Counted from the first letter of the stretch, positions 14,659 through 24,587 are shown. The stretch is 32,000 nt of DNA from Pseudoalteromonas translucida KMM 520 (GCF_001465295.1 NZ_CP011035.1:90001-122000), one strand, 5' to 3'. Notes: generated by a model from the letters alone, not told the origin. Program-made: numbers and translations.

Positions 14659-15558
14659 ATGAAAAAAACCATGAGTACACCTCCTATTAGTATTGAAGCG
14701 TTACTGGTGCTTGACGCTATTGAGCATCGTGGCAGTTATGCGGCAGCCGCAGAGCAATTAAATAAAGTGCCTTCGGCGCTATCCTACATAGTACAAAAGC
14801 TAGAAGAGCAATTAAACGTGACTTTGTTTCAGCGTCAGGGGCGTCGTGCTGTGCTAACTCCTGCGGGCAAACATTTACTGACCGAGGGGCGCAAGTTGCT
14901 TTTGGCGATTAATTCATTGTCGGAGCAAACACAAACAATTGCGAATGGTTGGGAGCCAAAAATTCGTATTGCTTTGGATTCTATTATTGATATAAAACCG
15001 ATATTTACCAGTATAGAGCAGTTTTTAGCAGAACATAAAAATATTGAAATAGATGTACAAGAGCAGGTAATGAACGGCAGCTGGGAAGTGCTGATTGAAG
15101 ACAAAGTTGATTTAGTTATTGGCGCGCCGTCGCCAGTGCCGAACCAAAAAGGCATTCGCGCGGTTAAAATAGACGAGTATCAAAGCGTACTTGTGGTAAA
15201 TAGCACACACCCGTTAGCAACGCAGCAGCAACCTCTCGATATGAGTAGCCTTGCTCAGTACCGCAGTGTGATAGTACACGACTCTGCAGAGCAAGAAATT
15301 CCATGGTCGGCAAATATAATAGAGGGCACCCAGCGCTTTTTTGTTAGCTCTGTTGCGCAAAAAATTGCGGCTATTATTGCCGGTATAGGTATTGGTTATT
15401 TACCCAAGCGTTTAATTGAGCAGTATATAGTGTCGGGGCAGTTAGTGGAGGTAAAGCTAACCGATAAACGGCCTTGCCAAGACCTATTTATAGCCTGGAA
15501 AATAACTAATAAAGGTAAAGGGTTGCAACGACTTACCTCACTATTATTACAACCTTAA
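14659..15558 (+). CDS. LysR-family transcriptional regulator, YhaJ-like
   Basis: The N-terminal wHTH IEALLVLDAIEHRGSYAAAAEQLNKVPSALSYIVQKLEEQLNVTLFQR resembles E. coli YhaJ (LEALRVMDAIDRRGSFAAAADELGRVPSALSYTMQKLEEELDVVLFDR). It is divergent from yqjF. An alternative start is ATG 14671. Confidence 0.88.
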   Translation: MKKTMSTPPISIEALLVLDAIEHRGSYAAAAEQLNKVPSALSYIVQKLEEQLNVTLFQRQGRRAVLTPAGKHLLTEGRKLLLAINSLSEQTQTIANGWEPKIRIALDSIIDIKPIFTSIEQFLAEHKNIEIDVQEQVMNGSWEVLIEDKVDLVIGAPSPVPNQKGIRAVKIDEYQSVLVVNSTHPLATQQQPLDMSSLAQYRSVIVHDSAEQEIPWSANIIEGTQRFFVSSVAQKIAAIIAGIGIGYLPKRLIEQYIVSGQLVEVKLTDKRPCQDLFIAWKITNKGKGLQRLTSLLLQP

Positions 15559-15572
15559 CATTGCGCATTTAA

Positions 15573-15600
15573 AGCTAACAGCCGTGTATGGCTGTTAGCT
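15573..15600. terminator. hairpin between convergent LysR gene and nhaP2 (bidirectional terminator candidate, no strong T-tract)
   Basis: Perfect 11-bp stem agctaacagcc (15573-15583) / ggctgttagct (15590-15600) with a 6-nt loop. Confidence 0.5.
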
Positions 15601-15649
15601 AATAGCTGTAGTAAATATAATTTACTATTTAAAAGCTAAGGTAAGCCCT

Positions 15650-17377
15650 TTATTCGTCTAGGCTTTCATCTAGGGTAATTATAATACCAACGGTAATAAT
15701 ACGGTCACCAACCATTTCACAAATAGTGAGTTTTACGTCATCAAGCTCAATAAAGTCATCTACTTTAGGTAGGCTGTTTAGTGAGGTTTTTAGTACTTGT
15801 TCTAGCGTATCGTTTGGTTCAGCAGCAATATGAATATCGTAAGAATAGGCTATGCTGGCCACACTGGTATTGCCTTTAACTCTTAGCTCTTTTGCCGAAA
15901 GCTCGGTAATGTCTTGATCAATCGTGCTCGAAAAAACACAGTCAACAAACTCGCGCGTATGCGGTTTTAGTACCATAAATAGCTGATCGTCTGCTTGTAA
16001 TAACGTAGAGCCGCGTGGCGCAATAATATTATTATTACGGCTGATCATTGCCATTACTGTGCTATCGGGTAGTGCTAGTTGCGATAAACGACGGCCAACA
16101 GCGCGTGACATTTTGCCTATGGTGTATTCAACAATATCGGCGTCAACATCGCCTAAAGCAGTGATCTCTAGCGTGGCTGCGGGAGTTACTGGCGGTGGTA
16201 AAGTAAGTTTTAGTTTGCGGGCCATAAAAGCAAGCGTTGAGCCTTGCAGTGTGGCTGAAATTAACACCACAAAAAATACCACGTTAAAAATGAGTTCGGC
16301 GCCAGGTAGGCCAAACATAAGAGGGAATATTGCTAAAATAATAGGTACTGAACCGCGCAGGCCAACCCAAGACACTAAGGTGATTTCACGTGCTTTAAAG
16401 CCAAATAGCGCTAACACCGGAATAACCGCCAAAGGGCGAGCAATAAATATAAGCACTAATGCAATGATCAGTCCCTCAAACCACACATCTAATAACGAGG
16501 TTGGGTTTATTAATAAGCCCAACACCACGAACATGGTAATTTGACCTAACCAAGCTAACCCGTCGTGGAATAAAAACGTACTGCGCTGAAACACAAAGCG
16601 GCTATTGCCAATAACCACACCGGTAATAAATACCGCTAAAAATCCGCTACCACCAATGTTTGCGGTAATACCAAATGAGAGTAAACCACACGCTGCAACC
16701 AATACCGGATACAAACCAGTAGCGACTAATTGAATTTTATTAATTAATTTAACGGAGATCCAACCCACGGCTAAGCCGACTAATGCGCCTAAACCCATTT
16801 GTGATACAAACATGAGTAACAGGCCTGTGCCTAGCTTCATGTCGTTTACTAACACTTCGAGTAAGCCTACGGTTAAAAATATTGCCATGGGGTCGTTTGA
16901 GGCACTTTCTATTTCGAGGGTGGCTTTTAGTTTGGTGTTTAAATGAATACCGGCATTACGCAGCAGCGCAAATACGGCCGCGGCATCGGTTGAGCCTACA
17001 ATAGCGCCAAACAATAAGCCTTGTAGCAAAGGAATATCAAGCATGTATGCGGCAGCAACCCCAGTGACTGCGCTGGTAATAAGTACTCCAAGGGTGGCCA
17101 ATACGGAGGCGGGTTTCCAGACTTTTTTTATCGCTTTTAAGGGCGTTTGTAAGCCGCCATCAAATAATATCATCGCTAATGCGAGCGTACCTAAAGAGTG
17201 TGCCGCTGCAGCATTATCAAAAAATATGCCACCGGGACCATCTTCACCAGCGAGCATACCGACCATTAAAAACATTACCAGTACGGGCAAACCGAGACGA
17301 GCTGATAATTTACTGGATACAATACCCAGTAAAATTAATACCGCGGCTAACAATATTATTTGATCAATAAAAAACAT
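15650..17377 (-). CDS. nhaP2: K+/H+ antiporter NhaP2 (CPA1 family, CvrA-like) with a C-terminal TrkA-C-like regulatory domain
   Basis: 575 aa and polytopic. The N-terminus LGLPVLVMFLMVGMLAGEDGPGGIFFDN, plus GAIVGSTDAAAVF and LEIESASNDPMAIFLT, match E. coli CvrA/NhaP2 as recalled. Confidence 0.9.
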   Translation of the reverse strand: MFFIDQIILLAAVLILLGIVSSKLSARLGLPVLVMFLMVGMLAGEDGPGGIFFDNAAAAHSLGTLALAMILFDGGLQTPLKAIKKVWKPASVLATLGVLITSAVTGVAAAYMLDIPLLQGLLFGAIVGSTDAAAVFALLRNAGIHLNTKLKATLEIESASNDPMAIFLTVGLLEVLVNDMKLGTGLLLMFVSQMGLGALVGLAVGWISVKLINKIQLVATGLYPVLVAACGLLSFGITANIGGSGFLAVFITGVVIGNSRFVFQRSTFLFHDGLAWLGQITMFVVLGLLINPTSLLDVWFEGLIIALVLIFIARPLAVIPVLALFGFKAREITLVSWVGLRGSVPIILAIFPLMFGLPGAELIFNVVFFVVLISATLQGSTLAFMARKLKLTLPPPVTPAATLEITALGDVDADIVEYTIGKMSRAVGRRLSQLALPDSTVMAMISRNNNIIAPRGSTLLQADDQLFMVLKPHTREFVDCVFSSTIDQDITELSAKELRVKGNTSVASIAYSYDIHIAAEPNDTLEQVLKTSLNSLPKVDDFIELDDVKLTICEMVGDRIITVGIIITLDESLDE

Positions 17378-17962
17378 ATATTATTCTCATTTATAGCTAA
17401 GGGCTGGGTTAGGTCGTTATTGTAAATTACGCACTAGAGTATGGGATAGTAGTTACTCTGCTGCTAAGTATGAACTGGTTTTCATTTTAATAGGTAAAAT
17501 AATAAGCGATGTTAAACATGGGTTTGTTTACACAAAAATGTTTTTTAGCTTTTGATATTGTAGCATTATTTTCATTAAATAGGGAGGATCGGCGTCATAA
17601 ATAGCAGGTATCAGCGATCTGCTAAAAACTTGCCAAACTCAGTGTGAAAAGGCCGTTTTTAGATGTAATTTTAGCTCGCGCTTTAGGTTCAATATTCAAA
17701 GTGAGAGTTTTGCTTCACCTTACCTTTTAGCTTTTAACCATTTAAATTGTTTTTAAATTTGCACTTCGCCTTTGGGCACTATTACCACTTAGTAAAAGTG
17801 ATTTACACAATGAAGGGATTATTTATTAATTCATAAGAAATATAATGCTCTACTTATTTTTACTAGCACAGTAATCGTATGCTTAGGTTTAAGGCGCGAA
17901 AACAGCACTAGTAAAAAGCATCAGGGCAACGCCTGATTGACTGAATTATTACAGAGGTTTTT

Positions 17963-19480
17963 ATGACGTTATCCCTAACTCCACGCCTAACACAGTTAGC
18001 CAATGCTGATTTGATCCAATCATTGGCGCATATTAAAAGGGGTATAGAAAAAGAAGCTTTACGCGTAACTACAGACGGTTTATTGGCACAAAACCCTCAT
18101 CCGTATAGTTTAGGCTCGGCGCTGACTCATCCTCATATCACTACAGATTACTCAGAGTCGTTATTGGAATTTATTACGCCTGCAGGTGAAAGTATTGATC
18201 ACACACTCGACTTTTTACAACAATTGCACCGTTATACTGCCACAGAATTAACCGCACAACATATATGGCCAGCGAGTATGCCCTGTGCGCTTCAAGGTAA
18301 TGATAGTGTGCCCATTGCTCAATATGGTAGCTCGGTGCAAGGACAAATGAAGCACACTTACCGTCGTGGGCTAGATATGCGCTACGGGCGTATTATGCAA
18401 AGTATTGCGGGTATTCATTTTAATTTTTCATTACCAGATAGCTTTTGGCAGGGGTATCAAACTCTACAGGGTAACCAAGACTCGCTTGCAGATTTTCGCT
18501 CTGCTCAGTATTTTGCGCTGATCCGTAATTTTCGTCGCTATGGTTGGTTATTACTTTATTTATTTGGTGCATCTCCGGCGTTAAGCCGCTCGTTTGTTGA
18601 TGGCCGTGCGCATCAGTTAGCCAGTTTGGGCAACGATACGCTTTATATGCCTTATGCTACTTCGTTGCGAATGAGTGGTTTTGGCTATCAAAACGATGCC
18701 CAAGCGAGTTTAAATGTAAGTACCAATAGCTTAGCTGAATATAGCCGCGATTTAACACAAGCGCTTCACACGCCACATGCACCTTATACGCGTATAGGGG
18801 TTGAGGTAAATGGTGAAAAACGTCAGCTAAACGATAATATTTTACAAATTGAAAACGAATACTACAGTGATATTCGCCCTAAACGTGTTACTCACGCGGG
18901 TGAAACACCACTGCAGGCTATGAACGAGCGCGGGGTTGAATACATAGAAGTACGTAATCTCGATATTAACCCTATGTTGGCGCTAGGTATTGACGACACT
19001 CAAATTCGCTTTTTAGATACATTTTTACTGTTTTGCTTATTACAAGATAGCCCCGAAATTGGCGAGCAAGAACAACAGCGTTTAGCACGCAATCACACCC
19101 GTGTGACCGAGCAGGGGCGATGCCCTGATTTACTGCTAGAAACAGCTAATGGTGAGCTTAGTCGCAGTGCTTGGAGCGAACAGCTATTTGCAGAGTTAGA
19201 TGCTATAGCAGGGCTACTTGATCACGCTGATAGCGGCTACAGCGAGGCGATACAACACTATAAGCCATTATTACAACAGCCAGAGCTAACGCCATCAGGG
19301 CTTATGATGACGCAGCTTATCGCTAATAATCAGGATCACAGTGACTGGGTAGGGCAACGCGCCACTGAGCTCACTGCACAATGGAAAAAAATGCCACTGA
19401 GCGCAGCACAGAGCGATTACTTTAAACAGCTTGTAAGCTCATCACACGCAGAGCAGCAAAAGTTAGAGGGCAAGGTTTAG
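17963..19480 (+). CDS. gshA: glutamate-cysteine ligase
   Basis: 505 aa with GshA hallmarks: HPHITTDYSESLLEFITP, IAGIHFNFSLP, RNFRRYGWLLLYLFGASPA, VEYIEVRNLDINP. Confidence 0.92.
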   Translation: MTLSLTPRLTQLANADLIQSLAHIKRGIEKEALRVTTDGLLAQNPHPYSLGSALTHPHITTDYSESLLEFITPAGESIDHTLDFLQQLHRYTATELTAQHIWPASMPCALQGNDSVPIAQYGSSVQGQMKHTYRRGLDMRYGRIMQSIAGIHFNFSLPDSFWQGYQTLQGNQDSLADFRSAQYFALIRNFRRYGWLLLYLFGASPALSRSFVDGRAHQLASLGNDTLYMPYATSLRMSGFGYQNDAQASLNVSTNSLAEYSRDLTQALHTPHAPYTRIGVEVNGEKRQLNDNILQIENEYYSDIRPKRVTHAGETPLQAMNERGVEYIEVRNLDINPMLALGIDDTQIRFLDTFLLFCLLQDSPEIGEQEQQRLARNHTRVTEQGRCPDLLLETANGELSRSAWSEQLFAELDAIAGLLDHADSGYSEAIQHYKPLLQQPELTPSGLMMTQLIANNQDHSDWVGQRATELTAQWKKMPLSAAQSDYFKQLVSSSHAEQQKLEGKV

Positions 19481-19684
19481 CAAAAGACAGCTTTAGGTGT
19501 TGGCCTTTAGCTTTTAGATAGATGATACGACCCCGATAAAGTAAACCGCAACAGGGCCGTATCAAGGTCAACACGCCCTACCAAGCTTGGTACTTGGATT
19601 TACTTGTAGGTGCGGTTTTATATCGCATCCTTTACAATTAAGCCTTAATCCCCTGGCCGAAATTAATAAACCACAATAATAAAA

Positions 19685-19714
19685 GTAAACCCCGAATGGG
19701 GTTACTCACTTTTT
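19685..19714. terminator. bidirectional terminator candidate between convergent gshA and the low-complexity gene
   Basis: Stem aacccc / ggggtt with loop gaat (gtaaaccccgaatggggttac). T-runs are present on both strands (ctcacttttt on plus; acttttattatt on minus). Confidence 0.55.
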
Positions 19715-19761
19715 GAAACCCATATTGATATTTACCTAACTAATGTATAAAACCTGTAACT

Positions 19762-21312
19762 CTATTCTTTAGTTTGCATATTTTTAGCACGCTGCTCGGC
19801 TTCGATCAGGGCTTGAGATTTAGGTTCGCGTTTTTTCTGCGCTATTTCTGGCTTTTTAGTTGAATTTGGATCCCAGCTATCATCCAGCGATAGGTTGGCA
19901 AATGGGTTGCTGTTGTCTATTTGCACATTTTGCGCTTTAGGCTCAGCTATTGGTTTTGGCTGTTGGTTTGTATCTGCTTTTATTACAGGCTTTGCTTTAC
20001 TGCCTGGTAGCGGTGCATCGGGATCAAATGTACGCACTTCGGGCTCTTTAAATTCGGGCTCGGTATTAAATGAAGTTGCTTGCTCTGTGCTGCTGTTTAC
20101 AGGGGAGTGTATATTTGTTGTTGGTTGCTGCGCAATAATAGGCTCTGGGCTGATATTAGCGGGCTCAATTGTATTTTGAGCTGGCGTTTGATTATTAATT
20201 GCTGCTGGCGCTTGTTGAGTAACCTGTTGCTGACGCTGCTTTTTAGTAGGCAGTGGTGCATCGGGATCGAACATGCGTACTTCTGGCTCGGCAAAGTCGC
20301 TGGCATTTTTGATTCGCTCTAAGGTGTTTTTAGCCGCGGCTTCAAACTCCGCGGTATTGGGCTCTGGTTTTGTTTTGGGCTTTTCATTACTAAATGTTGT
20401 ATTGGCTGTTTTAGCTACGGTTTCTGGCTCGCTAGTACTTGCTTGTGGTTTTGCCAATGCCGCATCAATTTGCTGCATTGAAACCGGCTCAGCCGCAGGT
20501 TGTGCTGTTGTCGTATTTTGTATATTTACGGCGCTAGGGCTTGGCTTAACTGTCGATTTAACTGCCGATTTAGTTACTTGTTCAGTTACTTGTTTAGTAA
20601 CGGATGTGGTAGCAGCTGGGCTAGTTGGCAGTACTGTTGCCACATCAGAATTACTTTGTTTAGCTCGGCGCATGCGTACTAAAACCATTACCCCAATAAG
20701 TACTATTAGCAATAATAATAAGCTGGGTAGCAGTAGTGAGGCGGCGCTTTCGCTGTTTATTTTTGATACTGGCGCAGGTTTTACACTCGCTGGTTTTTGC
20801 GCAGCTGCGATGGGATCTGCGCTTACTTCTGTAGCGTTTGCCTGTGTACTTTCAGCCGCCGGATTTTTTATATCAGTGCTTTTTACATCCGAGCTTTTTA
20901 TATTGGCAACGGGTTCATCAGTCGTTACTTGGCTTGTTTGACTAGGGTTTGCTTGTGGCTCGGTATTAATACTAGCGGTATTGTTTGCCTCAGAGTGTGT
21001 TTTTAAAGGCTCAACAATAGGCGTTGGAATAGACTCAGTAACCGGCTCAGTAATAAGCTCACGCAGTGCGTTCTGGGGCTCTGGATCGTTAACAATAGTA
21101 TGCGGTTTTGGCTGGGTTGGTGTTACTACCGGCTTATTGCAATTTTTATTATAGTCGCGCGCGGCATTACGGTAGCTGCGGCCCGTTTTATTATTACTGT
21201 GCTGCTGCATTTCTTGTTTTATAAGTATGCACATAGCTTGGTTATAGGCTGCGCTATTAAAGCTATAAAATAGGGCAACACAAAGGGTCAGGCGTGTGAG
21301 TATTTTTATCAT
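19762..21312 (-). CDS. low-complexity P/T/Q/A-rich protein with a signal peptide, one central TM helix and a duplicated EPEVRxFDPDAPLP motif
   Basis: 516 aa. The N-terminal signal-like segment is MIKILTRLTLCVALFYSFNSAA. The TM segment is LLLPSLLLLLIVLIGVMVLV followed by RMRRAK. Two copies of EPEVR(M/T)FDPDAPLP are present. The long opposite-strand ORFs here are compositional artefacts. Confidence 0.7.
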   Translation of the reverse strand: MIKILTRLTLCVALFYSFNSAAYNQAMCILIKQEMQQHSNNKTGRSYRNAARDYNKNCNKPVVTPTQPKPHTIVNDPEPQNALRELITEPVTESIPTPIVEPLKTHSEANNTASINTEPQANPSQTSQVTTDEPVANIKSSDVKSTDIKNPAAESTQANATEVSADPIAAAQKPASVKPAPVSKINSESAASLLLPSLLLLLIVLIGVMVLVRMRRAKQSNSDVATVLPTSPAATTSVTKQVTEQVTKSAVKSTVKPSPSAVNIQNTTTAQPAAEPVSMQQIDAALAKPQASTSEPETVAKTANTTFSNEKPKTKPEPNTAEFEAAAKNTLERIKNASDFAEPEVRMFDPDAPLPTKKQRQQQVTQQAPAAINNQTPAQNTIEPANISPEPIIAQQPTTNIHSPVNSSTEQATSFNTEPEFKEPEVRTFDPDAPLPGSKAKPVIKADTNQQPKPIAEPKAQNVQIDNSNPFANLSLDDSWDPNSTKKPEIAQKKREPKSQALIEAEQRAKNMQTKE

Positions 21313-21381
21313 AAAGGTCAGTAGCGCTTAAGCATCAATAGTTTGATTTTAAGCGCTAATTTAAAATATATCTACTGTGGG

Positions 21382-22848
21382 CTACTCAATTACCATTAGA
21401 CTGCGATATTCGTCGTAGGCAAATTGATCGGTCATGCCGCTTATATAATCTTGAATTAACCGGCAGCGGTAATAAAACTCATAGGCGGTAAAGTGATCAG
21501 GCTCTTCTTGCATAGCATCTATGGCGTGCTGATAGCTGTTTAAGTGCTTTTTAGAAAGCTTTTTAACCAGTCGCGATTCTATTAATAAGCGCGAGTCGCC
21601 ATTGAGCGCACGTTTAAAATCGTCACTGCTTAATAATAGCAGTGGTTTGTAGCAATCGAGCAGGCCGTTAATAATACGATAGCCTTGTAGTTCGAGTTTT
21701 TCTACTTCTTTGTTCGAAAATACATACTCAAGCGCCACTTGTTTAAGGGTTATGGTGAGTGCGTGTAAATAGCTGCGATCCTCAAGTAGTGCTTGGTTAA
21801 AATCGCCATGATAAATGGGTTCTATATGTTTAATAAAGCGTTTAGCCGCATGATTAACTAACGGATGCAGCAGCGCTACGCGTAAGTATATAAAAAATTC
21901 ACTATTAAAATTATAAGGTTGTGCGCGGGCACGCTCAAGTGCGTAGTCTACGGCTTTATTTACAAAATCTTGATGTTGGCAGTCGTCGATAGTGAGGTTT
22001 ATAAGTACTTTTGTATAATGACTTTTAAGCTTTTGGCATAATAGCTCGGTGCTTATTATGTCTTTTTCTACGGCGTCTTCTATATCGGCTATGCAATAGG
22101 AAATATCATCGGCGGCTTCCATAATATAACTTGCGGGGTGGCGGCAATACGGCTGAATTTCAAGCTCAGTTTGTAGTGCCTCTACAAAGTTTTTTTCGCT
22201 GTAGTAGTAACCAACCTTTTTCATTAAATAGCTTTTATTTTGTGGTATCTCTTTTTTGTCGAGCGCTGCAGGGCGGGTATACTTTAAAATACCGGCACTT
22301 TGGCTGTAGGTTAAATTAAGTAATTGTAATGAATGAATAATACGTATGCCTTGGGCGTTGCCTTCAAAGCTGCAAATGTCGTGTGCTAGGCTTTTAAAAA
22401 CAACCCCAATACCAGAGTTAGGCTGTTTACAGCGCTCGGGCGTTACACTTGCTAAATTATTATTAAACCAATGGTTTATGGCGGCTTCACCAAAGTGACC
22501 AAACGGCGGATTGCCTATATCGTGCATTAGGCAGGCCATTTCAACTAGGCTTTCTAACGGCCGCTCTAGCTCGGTGAGCCCGTAGTCTTGCTGTTGCTGA
22601 TAACTTAGTGATGCAAAAATACGTTGTACTATAAAGCGCCCTACTTGTTGTACTTCTAACGAGTGGGTAAGGCGTGAACGTACCGCGGCGTTGCGCTCTA
22701 GCGGAAACACTTGGGTTTTTTGTTGTAGGCGACGAATAGCGGCGCTGTTTATAATTCGGCCCCGATCGCTCTCTAGTGCCATTTGTAAGTTAGCGGTAGT
22801 GCGATACATACGTGCGGGGGTTATTTTTTTACTAAAATCGATCATCAT
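21382..22848 (-). CDS. dgt: deoxyguanosinetriphosphate triphosphohydrolase (HD domain), Dgt orthologue
   Basis: ESDRGRIINSAAIRRLQQKTQVFPLERNAAVRSRLTHSLEVQQVGR and LMHDIGNPPFGHFGEAAINHWF are nearly identical to E. coli Dgt as recalled. I moved the start to ATG 22848 or 22845 (MMIDFSKK; AAGGA upstream) to match the E. coli N-terminus MAQIDFRKK. Confidence 0.9.
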   Translation of the reverse strand: MMIDFSKKITPARMYRTTANLQMALESDRGRIINSAAIRRLQQKTQVFPLERNAAVRSRLTHSLEVQQVGRFIVQRIFASLSYQQQQDYGLTELERPLESLVEMACLMHDIGNPPFGHFGEAAINHWFNNNLASVTPERCKQPNSGIGVVFKSLAHDICSFEGNAQGIRIIHSLQLLNLTYSQSAGILKYTRPAALDKKEIPQNKSYLMKKVGYYYSEKNFVEALQTELEIQPYCRHPASYIMEAADDISYCIADIEDAVEKDIISTELLCQKLKSHYTKVLINLTIDDCQHQDFVNKAVDYALERARAQPYNFNSEFFIYLRVALLHPLVNHAAKRFIKHIEPIYHGDFNQALLEDRSYLHALTITLKQVALEYVFSNKEVEKLELQGYRIINGLLDCYKPLLLLSSDDFKRALNGDSRLLIESRLVKKLSKKHLNSYQHAIDAMQEEPDHFTAYEFYYRCRLIQDYISGMTDQFAYDEYRSLMVIE

Positions 22849-22974
22849 CTTGTCCTTTTGTAAGCTGATGACAGGCATAGTTTTAGCGCATCGTCATAGG
22901 TTTTTCATTAATTTGGTTTAATCTATCAGTTTGTATCTTAAATTAATATATTGCTTTAAGATCGAATAACAAAG

Positions 22975-23100
22975 CAGGTTTTTAGATGTCAGGTAAAGAT
23001 TAGCCCAGTGCGGTGATTGTAGGTAGGCGGGAGTTTACCTCGCGCTGTTACTTTGTAGGCGCATAGCTTGCTGGCGCGAAAAGCGTAGCTTTTAATTTTT
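22975..23100. repeat. mosaic intergenic repeat (family B), copy 2
   Basis: See 2600-2750. Shared modules: tttttagatgtcagg, ggcgggagtttacctcgcgct, agcttgctggcgcgaaaagcgtagcttttaat. Confidence 0.65.
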
Positions 23101-23182
23101 AGCGCTTCAGTAGAGATGAGCCAAACGCGCTCATTTGCACACATATTTTATAAATAAACGTAATGTTAAACAGGGTATTAAA

Positions 23183-24403
23183 ATGAAACAGTGGATTATA
23201 AAGGCAATATCGGTTTGCCTTTTATTAGGGATGAGTAATGCGTTTGCCGCAAAAGAGCAAACTGTAGTACTTATATCAATTGATGGTATGCGCTGGGATT
23301 ATATAGAAAAACATGGTGCGCCTAATTTAAAAGCAATGGGTGAGCGCGGTGTTAGAGCGCAAAAGTTGATTCCGGTTTATCCTACTAAAACGTTTCCTAA
23401 CCACATTTCAATTATTACCGGCTTACTCCCTGTTAATCATGGCATTGTTGACAATAGATTTTGTGATAAAGCCCGTAATAATGAATGTTATAGCATGGGT
23501 AAAGGCTTTACCGATAGTACTTGGGTTAGCGGTACGCCGTTGTGGAACCTGGCTAAAATGCAGGGGCTTAAATCGGCGGTTTATTTTTGGCCTGAGTCGG
23601 ATGCGCGTTTTAACGGCATGACCCCTGATTACTATTTTCATTACTCGCAGCATAGTGACTACCAAGACCGGGTTGATCAAATCGTGCAGTGGTTAAGTTT
23701 ACCTAAAGCGCAGCGCCCACGGTTTGTGGCAGGTTATTTTTCATTGGTAGATAGCATGGGGCATAAATATGGGCCCGATGCGATTCAAACGCGCGATGCA
23801 GTTAAACAACTCGATGAGTTAATGGGGCAGTTACAAACACGTTTAAACAAATTAGATCAAGAAGTAAACTTAGTGATAGTGTCGGATCATGGTATGGCGC
23901 AGCTTGATCCAGCTAAAAGCATATTAGTTAGTAGTTTACCTAAAGATGACAACTTTTTAGTAAAAAACACTGGCCCGCGATTACTTATTTATACAAAACC
24001 AGAGGCGGTTAATGCCGATGTTGAGGGCTATAAAGCGCGTTTACAACAAGCAGCTAAAGGGCGTTATACGGTATTAACGGCTGAGCAGTTAGCGGGCTAT
24101 CATTATGATAAAGGCACCCGTGTAGGCGATATTGTAGTGCAAACAACGGCACCGGCAATATTTGCTAGTTCAGAAAAAGCAGGCCCTATAGGTACCCACG
24201 GTTATGCTTATACCGATGATATGGCTGCAACCTTTTTAGCTGTTGGCCCTGCGTTTAAAAAGGGCATGAGTATTGAGCAAGTTAATAACTTAGATATTTA
24301 TCCGGTGTTGGCAAAAATAATGGGGCTAAAACTACTCAGTAAAACCGACGGCGACGGTAAAAGCTTAATGCCCGCTGTGCAGCGAAAAATGATAGTACAT
24401 TAA
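23183..24403 (+). CDS. secreted nucleotide pyrophosphatase/phosphodiesterase (alkaline-phosphatase superfamily, NPP/ENPP-like)
   Basis: Signal peptide MKQWIIKAISVCLLLGMSNAFA. Motifs VVLISIDGMRWDY, YPTKTFPNHISIITG (catalytic Thr), DSMGHKYGP, VSDHGM and HGY. I prefer the start at ATG 23183. Confidence 0.85.
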   Translation: MKQWIIKAISVCLLLGMSNAFAAKEQTVVLISIDGMRWDYIEKHGAPNLKAMGERGVRAQKLIPVYPTKTFPNHISIITGLLPVNHGIVDNRFCDKARNNECYSMGKGFTDSTWVSGTPLWNLAKMQGLKSAVYFWPESDARFNGMTPDYYFHYSQHSDYQDRVDQIVQWLSLPKAQRPRFVAGYFSLVDSMGHKYGPDAIQTRDAVKQLDELMGQLQTRLNKLDQEVNLVIVSDHGMAQLDPAKSILVSSLPKDDNFLVKNTGPRLLIYTKPEAVNADVEGYKARLQQAAKGRYTVLTAEQLAGYHYDKGTRVGDIVVQTTAPAIFASSEKAGPIGTHGYAYTDDMAATFLAVGPAFKKGMSIEQVNNLDIYPVLAKIMGLKLLSKTDGDGKSLMPAVQRKMIVH

Positions 24404-24450
24404 TCTGTAGTCTAAAAATAACAGCTTAGGCTGTAAACTACATAATACCT

Positions 24451-24475
24451 AAGCGGCTAATTAGCCGCTTTTTTA
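24451..24475 (+). terminator. rho-independent terminator of the NPP gene
   Basis: aagcggcta-at-tagccgctt is a perfect 9-bp stem, followed by a 6-T run (tttttt, 24469-24474) whose first two Ts also close the stem. Confidence 0.8.
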
Positions 24476-24587
24476 TGCCTGTAAACTGACATGACTATTT
24501 TTCACTCAAATTAGACCTCTTGCTAATTGCAAAGTATTTAACCGCCACGTATGTTAAAAAATATAACAATAATAAATAGAGAAACTT

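Noticed and set aside
14835-15155. 106-aa minus-strand ORF
   Set aside because: It is antisense to the LysR regulator gene.
16059-17370. Plus-strand ORFs 16059-16544, 17043-17363 and 17179-17370
   Set aside because: They are antisense to nhaP2. Their products are low-complexity.
19895-21006. Several plus-strand and alternative-frame ORFs, including a 222-aa one at 20273-20941
   Set aside because: The region is compositionally biased and stop-poor in several frames. Only the minus-strand 516-aa frame has a signal peptide, a TM helix and a coherent motif duplication.
21382-22848. dGTPase as an anti-phage dNTP-depletion defence gene
   Set aside because: The sequence is close to the housekeeping E. 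coli Dgt along its full length, has host-like composition and sits among core genes. There is no reason to call it an accessory defence gene.
22131-22921. Plus-strand ORFs 22131-22319 and 22691-22921
   Set aside because: They are antisense to dgt or overlap its start.
23423-23680. ORFs 23423-23680 (minus) and 23439-23621 (plus)
   Set aside because: They are inside the NPP phosphodiesterase gene in the wrong strand or frame.
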